The position numbers were made by a program, and so were the translations under genes. The notes below the pieces were generated by a model. The model was given only the letters and a program-made list of their open reading frames with translations. It was not told the DNA's origin and made no database searches. DNA of 20,000 bases. Origin: an uncultured virus (IMG/VR IMGVR_UViG_3300033571_018919) (taxonomy: Duplodnaviria > Heunggongvirae > Uroviricota > Caudoviricetes). Below are positions 10,573 to 17,888 of this stretch, piece after piece (position 1 is the first letter of the stretch; each line of letters opens with the position of its first letter). The stretch is from IMG/VR virus record IMGVR_UViG_3300033571_018919, positions 107,169 to 127,168 of that record; one strand, written 5' to 3'.

Positions 10573-11622
10573 ATGACTTTCTACAATTCTGATTTAAAAA
10601 TTTTAGATATTGAGCCATCTTCTTTTTGTAATGCAAAATGTCCTCAATGCATGAGAGAATCACAAAATGGTTCCTATGATTTTTTTAATCAAGTGAATTT
10701 AACTGATACTTTTTTTGAGATTTTTTTTCCTAAACAAGTAGTAATAAATTTAGAAATAGTTTCATTTAGTGGAAATGTGGGGGAACCTACAATGAATAAA
10801 CATTTGATTGATATTATCAGGTGGTTTAGAAAACAAAACCCTAAAATTTATGTAGAAGTATACACGAACGGCAGCGTACAGAAACCAAAGTTTTGGAGCG
10901 AATTAGGAGAAGTTATTGGACATAATGGTAATGTGATATTTGCCATCGATGGACTAGAGGATACTAATCATATATACCGTATTGGAGTTAAATGGAACCT
11001 GCTAATGCAAAATGCAAAAGCATATATAGAATCTGGAGCGAAGGCAACATGGCAGTTTATACCTTTTCTACACAACGAGCATCAAGTTGAGTTAGCTAAA
11101 CAATTAAGTGCAGAAATGGGATTCGATAAATTTAAAATTAAAATATCACATAGAGATTTATTAAATCAACAGCAAAATGAAAAAACTAGAGTCTATCCAC
11201 CAAAAAATCCTATGTATACACATAGCGGAAATAAACTAGATTTTACTAATCTTGATGTTACTGAAAACTATTTAAATAGTCTAGATATTAAATGTTATGC
11301 CATAGAAAATAGTAACTTATATATTTCTGCTGAAGGTTTAGTGTTCCCTTGTTGTCACACGGCTAGCATTATACTTTTAGATGATAATATGGTACCTGAA
11401 CCGTATAGTTGGATTAGGAAAACAAAAAGTCAATTTAATCTTAATGAAATTAATTTACATAACAATACTCTAGAACAAATTTTAAAATCAGTTACCTTTA
11501 ATGAAATTAAAGAGTCATGGAACAAAGACATTAGCGTAGGAAAAAATGCAATATGTGCAGCGATTTGCGGCAAATGTAAAAATAACAAAAGTCTTATAGA
11601 AAATCTATTGCACCATGAATAA
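10573..11622 (+). CDS. Radical SAM protein with C-terminal Twitch domain
   Basis: 349 aa; CNAKCPQC, GNVGEP, TNG; C-terminal C...EGLVFPCC...CAAICG. Confidence 0.9.
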   Translation: MTFYNSDLKILDIEPSSFCNAKCPQCMRESQNGSYDFFNQVNLTDTFFEIFFPKQVVINLEIVSFSGNVGEPTMNKHLIDIIRWFRKQNPKIYVEVYTNGSVQKPKFWSELGEVIGHNGNVIFAIDGLEDTNHIYRIGVKWNLLMQNAKAYIESGAKATWQFIPFLHNEHQVELAKQLSAEMGFDKFKIKISHRDLLNQQQNEKTRVYPPKNPMYTHSGNKLDFTNLDVTENYLNSLDIKCYAIENSNLYISAEGLVFPCCHTASIILLDDNMVPEPYSWIRKTKSQFNLNEINLHNNTLEQILKSVTFNEIKESWNKDISVGKNAICAAICGKCKNNKSLIENLLHHE

Positions 11623-12553
11623 ACTAATAAAAATAGAAATAGCTAATCCTAATGCATTGCGTATTAATTTTGTAATGACACGTAGTTGCACCTACGAATG
11701 TAGATATTGTCCGGATGATCTACATTACGGTACACATAGAGATATAAACTTAAATGATTTAAAACTGTTTCTTAGTAGATTTACGGATAGAAATACGGCC
11801 GTTCAATTGACAGGTGGTGAATGCACTACTCATCCACAATTTGAGGAAGTTATAAAATTAATTAAAGACTTTAATTATAATGTACTAGTGGATTCTAACA
11901 GTGTTAGGACATTGCGCTTCTACGATGAAGTAAAACATTTAGTAGATAATTGGTGCATAACATTACATCCTAGTCAACATAAATTAGATTTAGAAAAATT
12001 AAAATTATTATCACAACATTCTTTTCTAGTGATTTATGTTATGATGGATCCTAATTATTGGGAGATATCATTAGACTGGTTTGATCAAATATCAAAATTA
12101 AAAGATTTAAAAGTAACACCAATCCGAGTTATGAACAATTGGGGAGGTGCAAATTTTCACGCTAATTACAGTGACGAACAATTAGAGTATTTGTCAAAGG
12201 CAGAATCTAAATGGCTTTTTACTGTTGAACGAGAAACAGAATTAAGAAAAACTCACATGTGGTTAGCGGATACAGAATCTATAGCAACAGACACTACTGG
12301 AAACAGGGTTACACTAGATCCATTTAAAATGATACGCACAGGCACAAACAATTTTTATGGTTGGCAGTGTAAAGCCGGTAATGAATCAATATGCATATTT
12401 GATGACGGCAAAGCCATATGGGCAAATTGTGGGATTAAAAAATTTAACCATTACTTAGAGTTGACTCCTGAAATAATGGCTGAACCACTGAAATGTAATT
12501 TTTTAGCTTGTTCATGTGCTACTGATATTCGAGCCTCTAAGTCAAAGAATTAG
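11615..12553 (+). CDS. Radical SAM protein with C-terminal Twitch domain
   Basis: 312 aa; CTYECRYC, LTGGE; C-terminal CKAG...ANC...CNFLACSC. Confidence 0.9.
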   Translation: MNKLIKIEIANPNALRINFVMTRSCTYECRYCPDDLHYGTHRDINLNDLKLFLSRFTDRNTAVQLTGGECTTHPQFEEVIKLIKDFNYNVLVDSNSVRTLRFYDEVKHLVDNWCITLHPSQHKLDLEKLKLLSQHSFLVIYVMMDPNYWEISLDWFDQISKLKDLKVTPIRVMNNWGGANFHANYSDEQLEYLSKAESKWLFTVERETELRKTHMWLADTESIATDTTGNRVTLDPFKMIRTGTNNFYGWQCKAGNESICIFDDGKAIWANCGIKKFNHYLELTPEIMAEPLKCNFLACSCATDIRASKSKN

Positions 12554-13622
12554 TTTCTATCCACTGATCATTGGGTTGACTTATATCTACATTTTTAAAT
12601 TCACCGCATACTCTGGCACAGGTAATTAATTTTTCTTCATTCCATTTTTTGTGCCAAATATTTTGCCAAATTTCAGAATCAATCACATTTTTTATTCCGT
12701 TTAGTGCATTAAGTTTTTCTACACCACCAAAATCTTCAATTAGTTTAGTGTATTGATTTTTTATATCTTCGCTTACATTATGATTGATATATTCAGGATC
12801 ATAGTATGTATAGGGTATGGAACTTACCCAACAACAAGGAAGTATGGTTTTGTATGCGTCAATGTAGATTTCTTTAAGATTTAAAACATGGCAGTTAATT
12901 TTTGCCTCAGCTATAAGTTGTTTATAAGAATTAATTACCTCTTTTGGCATAAACTTAATAGTAGTTTCAGTTGGGGGTTCAATTGTATGTGTATAGTTTC
13001 CTTCTTTATCTACAACATCGTATTTTGGTTCTACTAAAAAGCGTGAACTATTTTTTACAACAAATTTTGAGAAACCTAAACTTTTGGCTACTACCCTACA
13101 TTCTTCTGTTTGATGCTCATTGTGTTTAAATTTTATAAATGTCCATTCGGCGATTCCCCCTGCATCAATAAAAGCTTTTGCATTTTTTATTACAGTATTG
13201 TAATTAGTGCCTATCCTATATAATGAATGCGTATCAACTAATCCGTCAAGTGCGAAATGAACACAGTGATCTACAGGAAGTGCCTTAGCTAAATCTATCC
13301 ACCATGACGGCTTTCTAGCTCCGCCATTGGTGTGTATGGCAATTCGTACATTTGGATTCACATGTTTGATGTACACACACATTTCTATTAGGTCATCATG
13401 CAGCATAGGATCACCAAAATTGCCGCAAAAATATATACATCGGACTAAGTTTAAAATTTCAGGAGAGATGATCTTTTTAAACTCAATTAGTGTCCACTGA
13501 GTTAATTTTAAATATGGATTAGGCAACCCACCGTGATGATTTCTGGCACACATGGGGCACCTTGCCTGACAATTATTAGTTAGCTCTATGTGAATAGATT
13601 TTAATTCATTAAATTTAAACAT
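12537..13622 (-). CDS. Radical SAM protein with C-terminal Twitch domain
   Basis: 361 aa; CQARCPMC, GNFGDP, HTNG; C-terminal C...LPCC...CARVCG; paralogue of 10573-11622. Confidence 0.9.
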   Translation of the reverse strand: MFKFNELKSIHIELTNNCQARCPMCARNHHGGLPNPYLKLTQWTLIEFKKIISPEILNLVRCIYFCGNFGDPMLHDDLIEMCVYIKHVNPNVRIAIHTNGGARKPSWWIDLAKALPVDHCVHFALDGLVDTHSLYRIGTNYNTVIKNAKAFIDAGGIAEWTFIKFKHNEHQTEECRVVAKSLGFSKFVVKNSSRFLVEPKYDVVDKEGNYTHTIEPPTETTIKFMPKEVINSYKQLIAEAKINCHVLNLKEIYIDAYKTILPCCWVSSIPYTYYDPEYINHNVSEDIKNQYTKLIEDFGGVEKLNALNGIKNVIDSEIWQNIWHKKWNEEKLITCARVCGEFKNVDISQPNDQWIETNSLT

Positions 13623-14235
13623 TCGCCTTTCCTATAATCATGTATCTGTCATACAATGGCAATTCAAGTTTTTTTGCATTATAAACATGTAGTTTGCATT
13701 GATCTATAAAATGAGTTAAACTATTGGCAATTCGTATGTGTTCATCAATTTTGTAATTATTACTTTGTACTACAATCAAACTATTGTGCGGTAAACAAGT
13801 TAACCATGTATCATATTGTTCTTGTGTAATGTGTTCACAACTAGTGTTGATAATAATATCTGCATTACTGTGAATTGCACACATATCCGATGTAATTGCT
13901 GTAAATCTTCCTTGCATTTCTTCTTTTTTATTCATAGTTCTAGCTATTTCTTCACAACTAGGATCTATATCGATGGTACGAATATACTTAATAGAAATTT
14001 TACTTTGAAAAAGAAAACTAGCAAGAGTGCCGACCCACCCGCCGTGTATGTCAATACTGACAGGAAAATTTAAACTTTTATCTTGTTCTGAACTGATAAA
14101 ACTTTCTAAAGTTTCAATTAACCACTCTTTGCTTTGTATCTGTCCTCGCCAAAAGGCGTCTAGTGTACGTTTGGGGTCTTTGCTCTCACGAATGGCACAC
14201 ATCCAATAATGCAAGTGTTCAGTGTCTATATTCAT
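13615..14235 (-). CDS. Class I SAM-dependent methyltransferase-like protein
   Basis: IHGGWVG glycine-rich motif I, IRTIDID motif II, IINTSCEH; ATG at 14235 preferred over the TTG at 14241. Confidence 0.7.
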   Translation of the reverse strand: MNIDTEHLHYWMCAIRESKDPKRTLDAFWRGQIQSKEWLIETLESFISSEQDKSLNFPVSIDIHGGWVGTLASFLFQSKISIKYIRTIDIDPSCEEIARTMNKKEEMQGRFTAITSDMCAIHSNADIIINTSCEHITQEQYDTWLTCLPHNSLIVVQSNNYKIDEHIRIANSLTHFIDQCKLHVYNAKKLELPLYDRYMIIGKANV

Positions 14236-14241
14236 GTTCAA

Positions 14242-15255
14242 CTATTCTGTTAACTTGCATTTTGGTATTTTGCTATCTGCCGAACTCACACAGCTAGGGG
14301 TTATACACTTTTTTGGCGAGCCAAATAATTTAAAACCATCAGTTAATGTTCCTAATGGTTGGTCGTGGCAACTATAACTTCTTTTAATTTCATCTCCCCG
14401 TATTATAACACTTTGATACCCTGAATTGCAATACCAACCTTTAAAATTATTAAAACCAAAAGAATTAAATCTTTCTGCTTGGTCAAACAAGTACTCATTG
14501 TTGTCTTGGTCATACAAGCTTATTTGATATATTTCTTGCTCCTTTGCCTTTTGGGGGAACCCATTTTGCATTATTGCAATCATTTCGTTTGTGTATCCAT
14601 CTACAATTGCACTGGCGGTGTCGTTACTCTGTGGCTTTAGTGTGACATTGATTCCTTTATCATGAAATCTATTACACCTATCATACAACTCATAAAATTG
14701 ATCTGGTACCATAACTTGATTAATGGTTACGTGAACATTTTCTCCCATTAAGAATAAACATTTTTCTGCAAATTCATTTTCATTCGCAAACTCACTATGA
14801 TAACTTGCAGTAATTGATTTGCGTTGAAATAGTTCAGTAGACATGCACCAATTTCCCCACCATTTTTTGCTTGGACTTAAATTAGTAGTCATGTGTATAC
14901 TTTGGTATGGGGTGATACCATCTTCAAGGTATTTTAATAAAGATAATAAATGTTTATAAGCAGTTGGTTCTCCGCCACTAAAGGACCAATGAAATTTATT
15001 AAATCTATTTTGCCTTGCTTGAGTTTTTATTGAATCTATTGTTTGAATGTATTTTTGAAAATCCGAATAGTCAGGCGTTTGGCTATTAGCATAAGGCCAA
15101 CAATAGCTGCACTTATAATTACAGAACCTACCAAGAATCCAACTAATATTAAAGACATCATCTTTTATTAAAGTTTGTTGACCAAATTTTACTATTTTCT
15201 CAAATGGAATTTTTGTAAAATCGATCATACTGTTCTTTGAGCCAGTCGTAGTCAT
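14242..15255 (-). CDS. Radical SAM protein with C-terminal Twitch-like domain
   Basis: CNYKCSYC, FSGGEP; C-terminal CNSG...YSC...CITPSCVS; true start may be the ATG at 15228 (MIDFTKIPF). Confidence 0.9.
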   Translation of the reverse strand: MTTTGSKNSMIDFTKIPFEKIVKFGQQTLIKDDVFNISWILGRFCNYKCSYCWPYANSQTPDYSDFQKYIQTIDSIKTQARQNRFNKFHWSFSGGEPTAYKHLLSLLKYLEDGITPYQSIHMTTNLSPSKKWWGNWCMSTELFQRKSITASYHSEFANENEFAEKCLFLMGENVHVTINQVMVPDQFYELYDRCNRFHDKGINVTLKPQSNDTASAIVDGYTNEMIAIMQNGFPQKAKEQEIYQISLYDQDNNEYLFDQAERFNSFGFNNFKGWYCNSGYQSVIIRGDEIKRSYSCHDQPLGTLTDGFKLFGSPKKCITPSCVSSADSKIPKCKLTE

Positions 15256-16801
15256 TTATCCTTTTTAATACTTCTGTATCATTCTTGTTAGCCATCGCAA
15301 ATTCTTTGCCTGCAATAGCTCCGTCAATTGCAAATTCGCCGTACTTCTTATCTTTGCCTACTGTACACCAAACGTTTAATCTGTCGTTAGTTTCAATTGA
15401 GTTTTGTCTATCAATTATTTGACTTGCTAACTTTACGCATTCTCTAAATGCACTTCGCCATGTATTGAATGGATCCGTATTAAAATTAGTATAATTACTT
15501 AGTTTAATTACAGGTTCGTATAAATTACTTATACTTGTAGTCATATCAGGTTTATTAGTTTGCATATGTAACGTGTAGAATCTGGGTAATAGCTTTACAC
15601 CACCGTACCCATATATTAACCCATTAATTGGATTAACGCTGCGCCAAACTCTAACTTTGGCTTGTTCATAAAAAGGTACACTAAAATCAAAAGAAAAATC
15701 ATCAACTAATGATGCATCGGCATCTACTACCCAAAAATAATCTGTTTTTGCAATCTTAGCAGCAGCAATGTGTGCTTGATGTATCCCTGCTATGCCGTCA
15801 ATTCTTTTTGCTTTTGGATATTTTTTAAGTACTAGTTCAAAATTTTTTTCAGCGTTTGGTTCACCGTAGCTTATGAATATTACGTCAAATTCACCTGGGT
15901 ATTTGTATTTTATAAATGTTTCAGGACTTCTTCTGCTTACAGGAATTTCTTCTTTGTATTCTTTGCTAGCATTTGGTTGAAATACATCTACAATTCTTCC
16001 ATCATTTGTTATAGAACTTAACGATCTACCTAATCGATTACATTCAAACAATATATCATCTTTATATAATTCATACTGAGCTTCAAATAGGTTATCTAAA
16101 TGTTCAAAATCTTTGATATCCCCTATATTAAAATTTTGTTTTGACAATGCGATATATGCTGCCTGCCTGGCGCCCAATATAGCCCAAACTCCATTTTCAA
16201 CGTCTGTGCCTAAATGCATCCATCTCCAAAGTCTTTCATAATTTCTCCAGTTGATTTCTGAAATTTCTTTTACGAATATATCATTTTCCATACATAGTTT
16301 GATGCCTTCCCTAAACCCACTTCTCCAAGCTTGCTTTGGACTTGAATTTATGTTTACATCACTTAAACTACGATTTAATTGTAGATAATTTTTAAAATCA
16401 AAATCAACACTATTAGGATTGGAGCTGTTTTCATGGGTACGCATAGTTTTCAGTTTTTCTACTGGCCAAACTTTGATACCACCGTTACCATACGTATTTC
16501 CATTAATGTTGTTTTTACCACTAAAGCTTATTACACTGTCGGATACGTTTACGGTATCGACTAGATTCAGTTCAATTTGCAATAAATTATCGTGTACGTA
16601 GTTATCACCATCAACAATAATAACGTGACTATGATTTTCAACAAGATTTGCAACAGCTTTGTGTGCAGTGTCGCTTCCCTTTATATTGTCAACACGCAGT
16701 GCATTTGGACAAATTTCTAGTAAGCGTAAGTAATTGGCTTCTTTGTTTTCCTCTTGATAACTTAGAAAAACGACTGGATAATTTTGAATTTTGAATAGCA
16801 T
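15200..16801 (-). CDS. Tandem-duplicated GT-A (GT2-like) glycosyltransferase-like protein
   Basis: 533 aa; two homologous halves, each with FxSYxE, a DxD motif (IIVDGDN / WVVDADA), NGxxYGxGGxK and WRSxFRExxKL. Confidence 0.65.
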   Translation of the reverse strand: MLFKIQNYPVVFLSYQEENKEANYLRLLEICPNALRVDNIKGSDTAHKAVANLVENHSHVIIVDGDNYVHDNLLQIELNLVDTVNVSDSVISFSGKNNINGNTYGNGGIKVWPVEKLKTMRTHENSSNPNSVDFDFKNYLQLNRSLSDVNINSSPKQAWRSGFREGIKLCMENDIFVKEISEINWRNYERLWRWMHLGTDVENGVWAILGARQAAYIALSKQNFNIGDIKDFEHLDNLFEAQYELYKDDILFECNRLGRSLSSITNDGRIVDVFQPNASKEYKEEIPVSRRSPETFIKYKYPGEFDVIFISYGEPNAEKNFELVLKKYPKAKRIDGIAGIHQAHIAAAKIAKTDYFWVVDADASLVDDFSFDFSVPFYEQAKVRVWRSVNPINGLIYGYGGVKLLPRFYTLHMQTNKPDMTTSISNLYEPVIKLSNYTNFNTDPFNTWRSAFRECVKLASQIIDRQNSIETNDRLNVWCTVGKDKKYGEFAIDGAIAGKEFAMANKNDTEVLKRINDYDWLKEQYDRFYKNSI

Positions 16802-16806
16802 GACAA

Positions 16807-16813
16807 TATTTAT
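16807..16813 (-). promoter_or_regulatory. T4-type late promoter motif for the glycosyltransferase operon
   Basis: ATAAATA on - strand, 5 nt upstream of ATG 16801. Confidence 0.55.
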
Positions 16814-16837
16814 TAGAAAAAACGGGCAAATAAGTAT

Positions 16838-16866
16838 TTGACTATATAGATATCTTATTGTACAAT
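16838..16866 (+). promoter_or_regulatory. Sigma70-type promoter upstream of the leader ORF / tRNA array
   Basis: TTGACT-17 nt-TACAAT. Confidence 0.65.
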
Positions 16867-16923
16867 GTGTACATTGAAAATGCGTAAAAAAGCTAGATAA
16901 TTTAAGCTTTTATTATGCCAGGA

Positions 16924-16930
16924 CTAAATA
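16924..16930 (+). promoter_or_regulatory. T4-type late promoter motif for the leader ORF
   Basis: CTAAATA 8 nt upstream of ATG 16939. Confidence 0.5.
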
Positions 16931-16938
16931 ACTTTACT

Positions 16939-17079
16939 ATGATGAACTTTACTTGTAAAAATACGATGCTGCATGAAGGGCTATGGTCAGTTTTAGCCAT
17001 AGAGTCTTTTGCGCCTGTATATCCAACAAGTATCCGTGGCACAAATGATAATCAAAGCGGCTACCGGGGAACGGAATAA
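16939..17079 (+). CDS. 46-aa putative leader (attenuator) peptide MMNFTCKNTMLHEGLWSVLAIESFAPVYPTSIRGTNDNQSGYRGTE
   Basis: Manually translated ORF between promoter motifs and an intrinsic terminator; contains all 20 amino acids and 37 distinct codons. Confidence 0.6.
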   Translation: MMNFTCKNTMLHEGLWSVLAIESFAPVYPTSIRGTNDNQSGYRGTE

Positions 17080-17106
17080 ACAAGTAACATTATAAAAGTT
17101 TATACG

Positions 17107-17139
17107 AACCCTGGAAATTTAAAATCTCCAGGGTTTTTT
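17107..17139 (+). terminator. Rho-independent terminator (candidate attenuator)
   Basis: AACCCTGGA / TCCAGGGTT 9-bp stem followed by a T-tract. Confidence 0.85.
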
Positions 17140-17158
17140 GTTGCAGGAATACAACACT

Positions 17159-17317
17159 ATGATTGACAAAATAACAGAAAATGATATAAAATTCGGTTCG
17201 CTTGATAACAAAAAGTGGTATGAAGAACATGTGTTATCAAAAGAACAACTAGATTTGTTAATAAAAAACAAATTTGATAGGTATAAAAATTATCAAATAG
17301 ACAAGGTTGATTGCTAA
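17159..17317 (+). CDS. 52-aa hypothetical protein (MIDKITENDIKFGSLDNKKWYEEHVLSKEQLDLLIKNKFDRYKNYQIDKVDC)
   Basis: Manual translation; AGGA RBS-like sequence ~10 nt upstream. Confidence 0.45.
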   Translation: MIDKITENDIKFGSLDNKKWYEEHVLSKEQLDLLIKNKFDRYKNYQIDKVDC

Positions 17318-17327
17318 TTTTTATACA

Positions 17328-17574
17328 AGTGTTTAGAGAGAACGAGGCTCTTAGGTTCACTATAAAAAATCTTTAACGGGCGGACAGTATACATGAAGTA
17401 TATGGCGAAAACATATATAGTAAGACTACTGGTTGGAACGTCGATTCTAACATAATGCGAGATAACTCGCATTATTCTAAAGCATACTCAGTGATATAGG
17501 GTACAGTCGGGATGCCGTAATGGATCCTTTTAGATGAGCGGTTCAACTCCGTTAATAGTATGTTTCAGAATAAT
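17328..17574 (+). ncRNA. Putative structured non-coding RNA with tRNA-like T-arm
   Basis: Consecutive hairpins (17328-17361, 17385-17431, 17432-17451, 17452-17475) and an 18-bp stem 17471-17488/17557-17574 enclosing AGCGG-TTCAACT-CCGTT. Confidence 0.45.
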
Positions 17575-17583
17575 AATTACAAT

Positions 17584-17659
17584 TGGGGATTCGCCAAGTT
17601 GGTAAGGCACCGGATTTTGATTCCGGCATTCGGTGGTTCGAGTCCATCATCCCCAGCCA
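17584..17659 (+). tRNA. tRNA-Gln(TTG)
   Basis: Cloverleaf; anticodon arm CCGGA-TTTTGAT-TCCGG; GGTTCGAGTCC; encoded CCA. Confidence 0.95.
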
Positions 17660-17661
17660 TT

Positions 17662-17738
17662 GCCCCAATAACTCAGTGGACTAGAGTACTGTGCTACGAA
17701 CGCAGGAGTCGGAGGTTCGAATCCTTCTTGGGGTACCA
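17662..17738 (+). tRNA. tRNA-Arg(ACG)
   Basis: Anticodon arm CTGTG-CTACGAA-CGCAG; GGTTCGAATCC; CCA. Confidence 0.95.
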
Positions 17739-17744
17739 TTCTTG

Positions 17745-17773
17745 TTGACTAAATACGTTTGCTTGTTTAATAT
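17745..17773 (+). promoter_or_regulatory. Putative promoter of pqqA
   Basis: TTGACT-17 nt-TAATAT, with an overlapping CTAAATA late-type motif at 17749-17755. Confidence 0.5.
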
Positions 17774-17798
17774 GAGCGTTCTTATACAGGAGGTAAAC

Positions 17799-17870
17799 AT
17801 GTGGACTAAACCTACAGCACAGGATATGCGTTTTGGTTTTGAAATCACTATGTATATTGCAAATCGCTAA
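17799..17870 (+). CDS. pqqA: Pyrroloquinoline quinone precursor peptide PqqA (MWTKPTAQDMRFGFEITMYIANR)
   Basis: 23-aa ORF matching the PqqA consensus (W-x-x-P...R-x-G-x-E-x-T-x-Y; ExxxY core); AGGAGG RBS at 17788-17793; terminator downstream. Confidence 0.93.
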   Translation: MWTKPTAQDMRFGFEITMYIANR

Positions 17871-17888
17871 TATACAACATTGATGGGC

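Noticed and set aside
4459..12553. Convergent gene overlaps (4459-4505 and 12537-12553) as antisense regulation
   Set aside because: Short 3' overlaps are common in compact phage genomes and nothing else supports a regulatory role.
3111..15255. One of the radical SAM/Twitch genes being pqqE acting on the nearby PqqA
   Set aside because: None shows the full two-cluster C-terminal SPASM motif of PqqE, no PqqD/RRE, pqqB or pqqC is visible, and pqqA is a separate transcription unit; a link cannot be supported from sequence.
485..16601. Short + strand ORFs (60-97 aa) opposite the long - strand genes; likewise the - strand ORFs at 17157-17360 and inside the HNH gene
   Set aside because: They are antisense shadows of better-supported genes, with no RBS or motifs.
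16939..17079. 46-aa ORF as a RiPP precursor for the radical SAM cluster
   Set aside because: It has no repeated core or leader motif and no RRE protein is seen; its codon diversity and overlap with alternative hairpins fit attenuation better. Not fully excluded.
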